Below are positions 62,370-64,000 of a stretch of 64,000 nucleotides of DNA, in pieces. Numbering within the stretch: position 1 is the stretch's first letter; each line of letters begins with the position of its first letter. Where the stretch lies: assembly GCA_000442015.1 (NCBI GenBank), contig KE561265.1:124001-188000 (forward strand). Direction: 5' to 3'. The DNA comes from Rozella allomycis CSF55 (Eukaryota). Under the pieces are notes generated by a model, which worked only from the letters and a program-made list of their open reading frames with translations, was not told where the DNA came from and made no database searches. The position numbers and the translations under genes are program-made.

Positions 62370-63529
62370 ATGGCTAGTGATTCTCTGAGATTTTTAAAGG
62401 AAAATGTTGTTTTAGAAGCGGAAAGGGTGCACTCGGTAATAATATAGTGCAATATTGAAAAGACTTTTTCTATGGACGAACCAGGAGTCTTTCACAAAAG
62501 AGATGATATTTGCGATCTTCAAACTCTAAAAGAAGTAATAGAAATATGAACTCTGAATTAAGAAAGCTCAAATTAAAATAATATCCGAAGAAGAAAATCG
62601 TTTAGAGTTTGATCTCATCGGCGTTGATGCTTCATTTGCCAATGCTTTACGAAGAATAATAATAGACGAAGTAAAGAAAAATCGTTAGCTTAAAAAGATC
62701 CCCACAATGGCCATTGAGAAAGTTTTCTTTGCGGATAACACTGGCTTAATGCACGAAGAGATGTTGGCTCATAGATTGGGCTTGGTTCCTATCAAGGCGG
62801 ACCCCTCGTTGTTTTCTGAAAGAGGACGTAATTATATATTTTTGATATGTTTTAGCTAATGAAGATGCAACTGATTATAATACCTTGGTATTCACCTTGA
62901 ATGTTAAGTGCGAAAGGGATCCTAATGATACGTCAAAATTAATAAATGAACATGGTAAGATAAAAAATATAAAAGTGAAAGTTTTGTCTGGACATTTGGT
63001 TTGGTCACCTCAAGGTGGACAAGAAGAGAGATTCAAAGACTGTGCACCTGAACCTGCAATAAAAGATATTGTCATAACCAAATTGGCCGAAAATCAAGAA
63101 ATAGAATTACAAGCCTTTTGTGAAAAAGGCATAGGTCAAATTCATGCAAAATGGTCACCCGTTTGCACTGCAAGTTACCGTCTTATGCCCAATATAATCA
63201 TGAAGGAAGATGTTTTAGGAGAAGAAGCAGTCAAATTTTCCAATTGCTTCTCACCTGGTGTTATAGAAGTAGTAGTTGTAAACGGTGTGAAAAAAGCTGT
63301 GGTTGCGAATCCTAGAAATGACTCAATGAGTAGAGAATGTCTTCGTCATAAAGAATTTGAAGACAAAGTAGTTCTTGCGAGAAAGAGAGATCATTTCATA
63401 TGTAAAATTTTATTCCACTTATGATTAGTCTTGGTTGAAAGCGATGGACGATTGTCCGCTAGACGAATTGTTGAAGATGCATTTAAAGTCTTGACTGCAA
63501 AATGTGAAAACGTGAAAAAATATCTTTAA
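62370..63529 (+). CDS. POLR1C: RNA polymerase I/III subunit RPAC1 (RPC40/AC40)
   Basis: FDLIGVDASFANALRRIIIDEIPTMAIE, LAHRLGLVPI, KGIGQIHAKWSPVCTASYRLMP, DSMSRECLRH. Confidence 0.95.
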
Positions 63530-64000
63530 ATAAAATATATTATTATATTTATTTATACTCTGCCAAAGTTTTGAGGGATAGAACTCGGTATTAACAATGA
63601 CATTGCAGGAATGACCCTTTGAACTTCCGTCTTCCGATAAAATGAGAAAAAGTGACATTCATTCCATAGAATCATCTCTAATTGAATATTTTTTAAGAAT
63701 TCTTGTGTAGAAACTATTTATTGTAGCCAGAACCACCAAGTAATAGAAAGTCGCATAAGTAGTTCATAAGTCACCCCAGTGCAATTATGGTTCAACAAAA
63801 AATCTCACAATCAAGGAAGAAATAGTAATTTCAATAAAACTAAATATTGAAGATTAAAGATTAAATCTAATCTTAATACCACTTTTCTGGATATGGCAAT
63901 TACTATAACTACCCAAGTGGCTTGTCCATGTCAAACATGAAAATAGCATTAATACATTAATAGTAACTACTAAAAATAAACAAGATCAAAGATCTCGTAA

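Noticed and set aside
63540-64000. Possible gene at the window end and GTGGCTTG at 63917
   Set aside because: No consistent frame or recognisable motif; context truncated.

Overview
AT-rich, extremely gene-dense eukaryotic DNA with about 40 protein-coding genes, most split by tiny GT-AG introns of about 25-30 nt. Intergenic spacers are often only 6-60 nt. Flagellar/cilium-associated genes (IFT70/TTC30, CCDC113, katanin p80) sit alongside fungal-type genes (VTC4, DUF3844, MAK5, NTE1), which points to a zoosporic early-diverging fungal relative. The architecture strongly resembles Rozella (Cryptomycota), but that is inference. Most genes are housekeeping. Less obvious signals: (1) a dual-guide box C/D snoRNA (18S Am420 and Gm1428 equivalents) in the only long intron I found (141 nt), carried by an apparently non-coding spliced host; (2) apparent length-based 3' splice-site choice, with AAG/GAG acceptors and stopless 27-nt introns; (3) head-to-head genes 16-24 nt apart sharing a GTGGCTTGG element, plus TTGG/GGG/CCC start-proximal motifs and E2F and forkhead sites; (4) a miniaturised SMG1 kinase of about 1,000 aa; (5) an orphan CUB-EGF-LRR-IPT-multi-TM receptor; (6) a half-fimbrin/coiled-coil fusion; (7) a LINE zf-RVT relic folded back into a ~250-nt hairpin; (8) two intronless secreted orphans. 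All calls were made by eye without database searches, and exon boundaries are manual.
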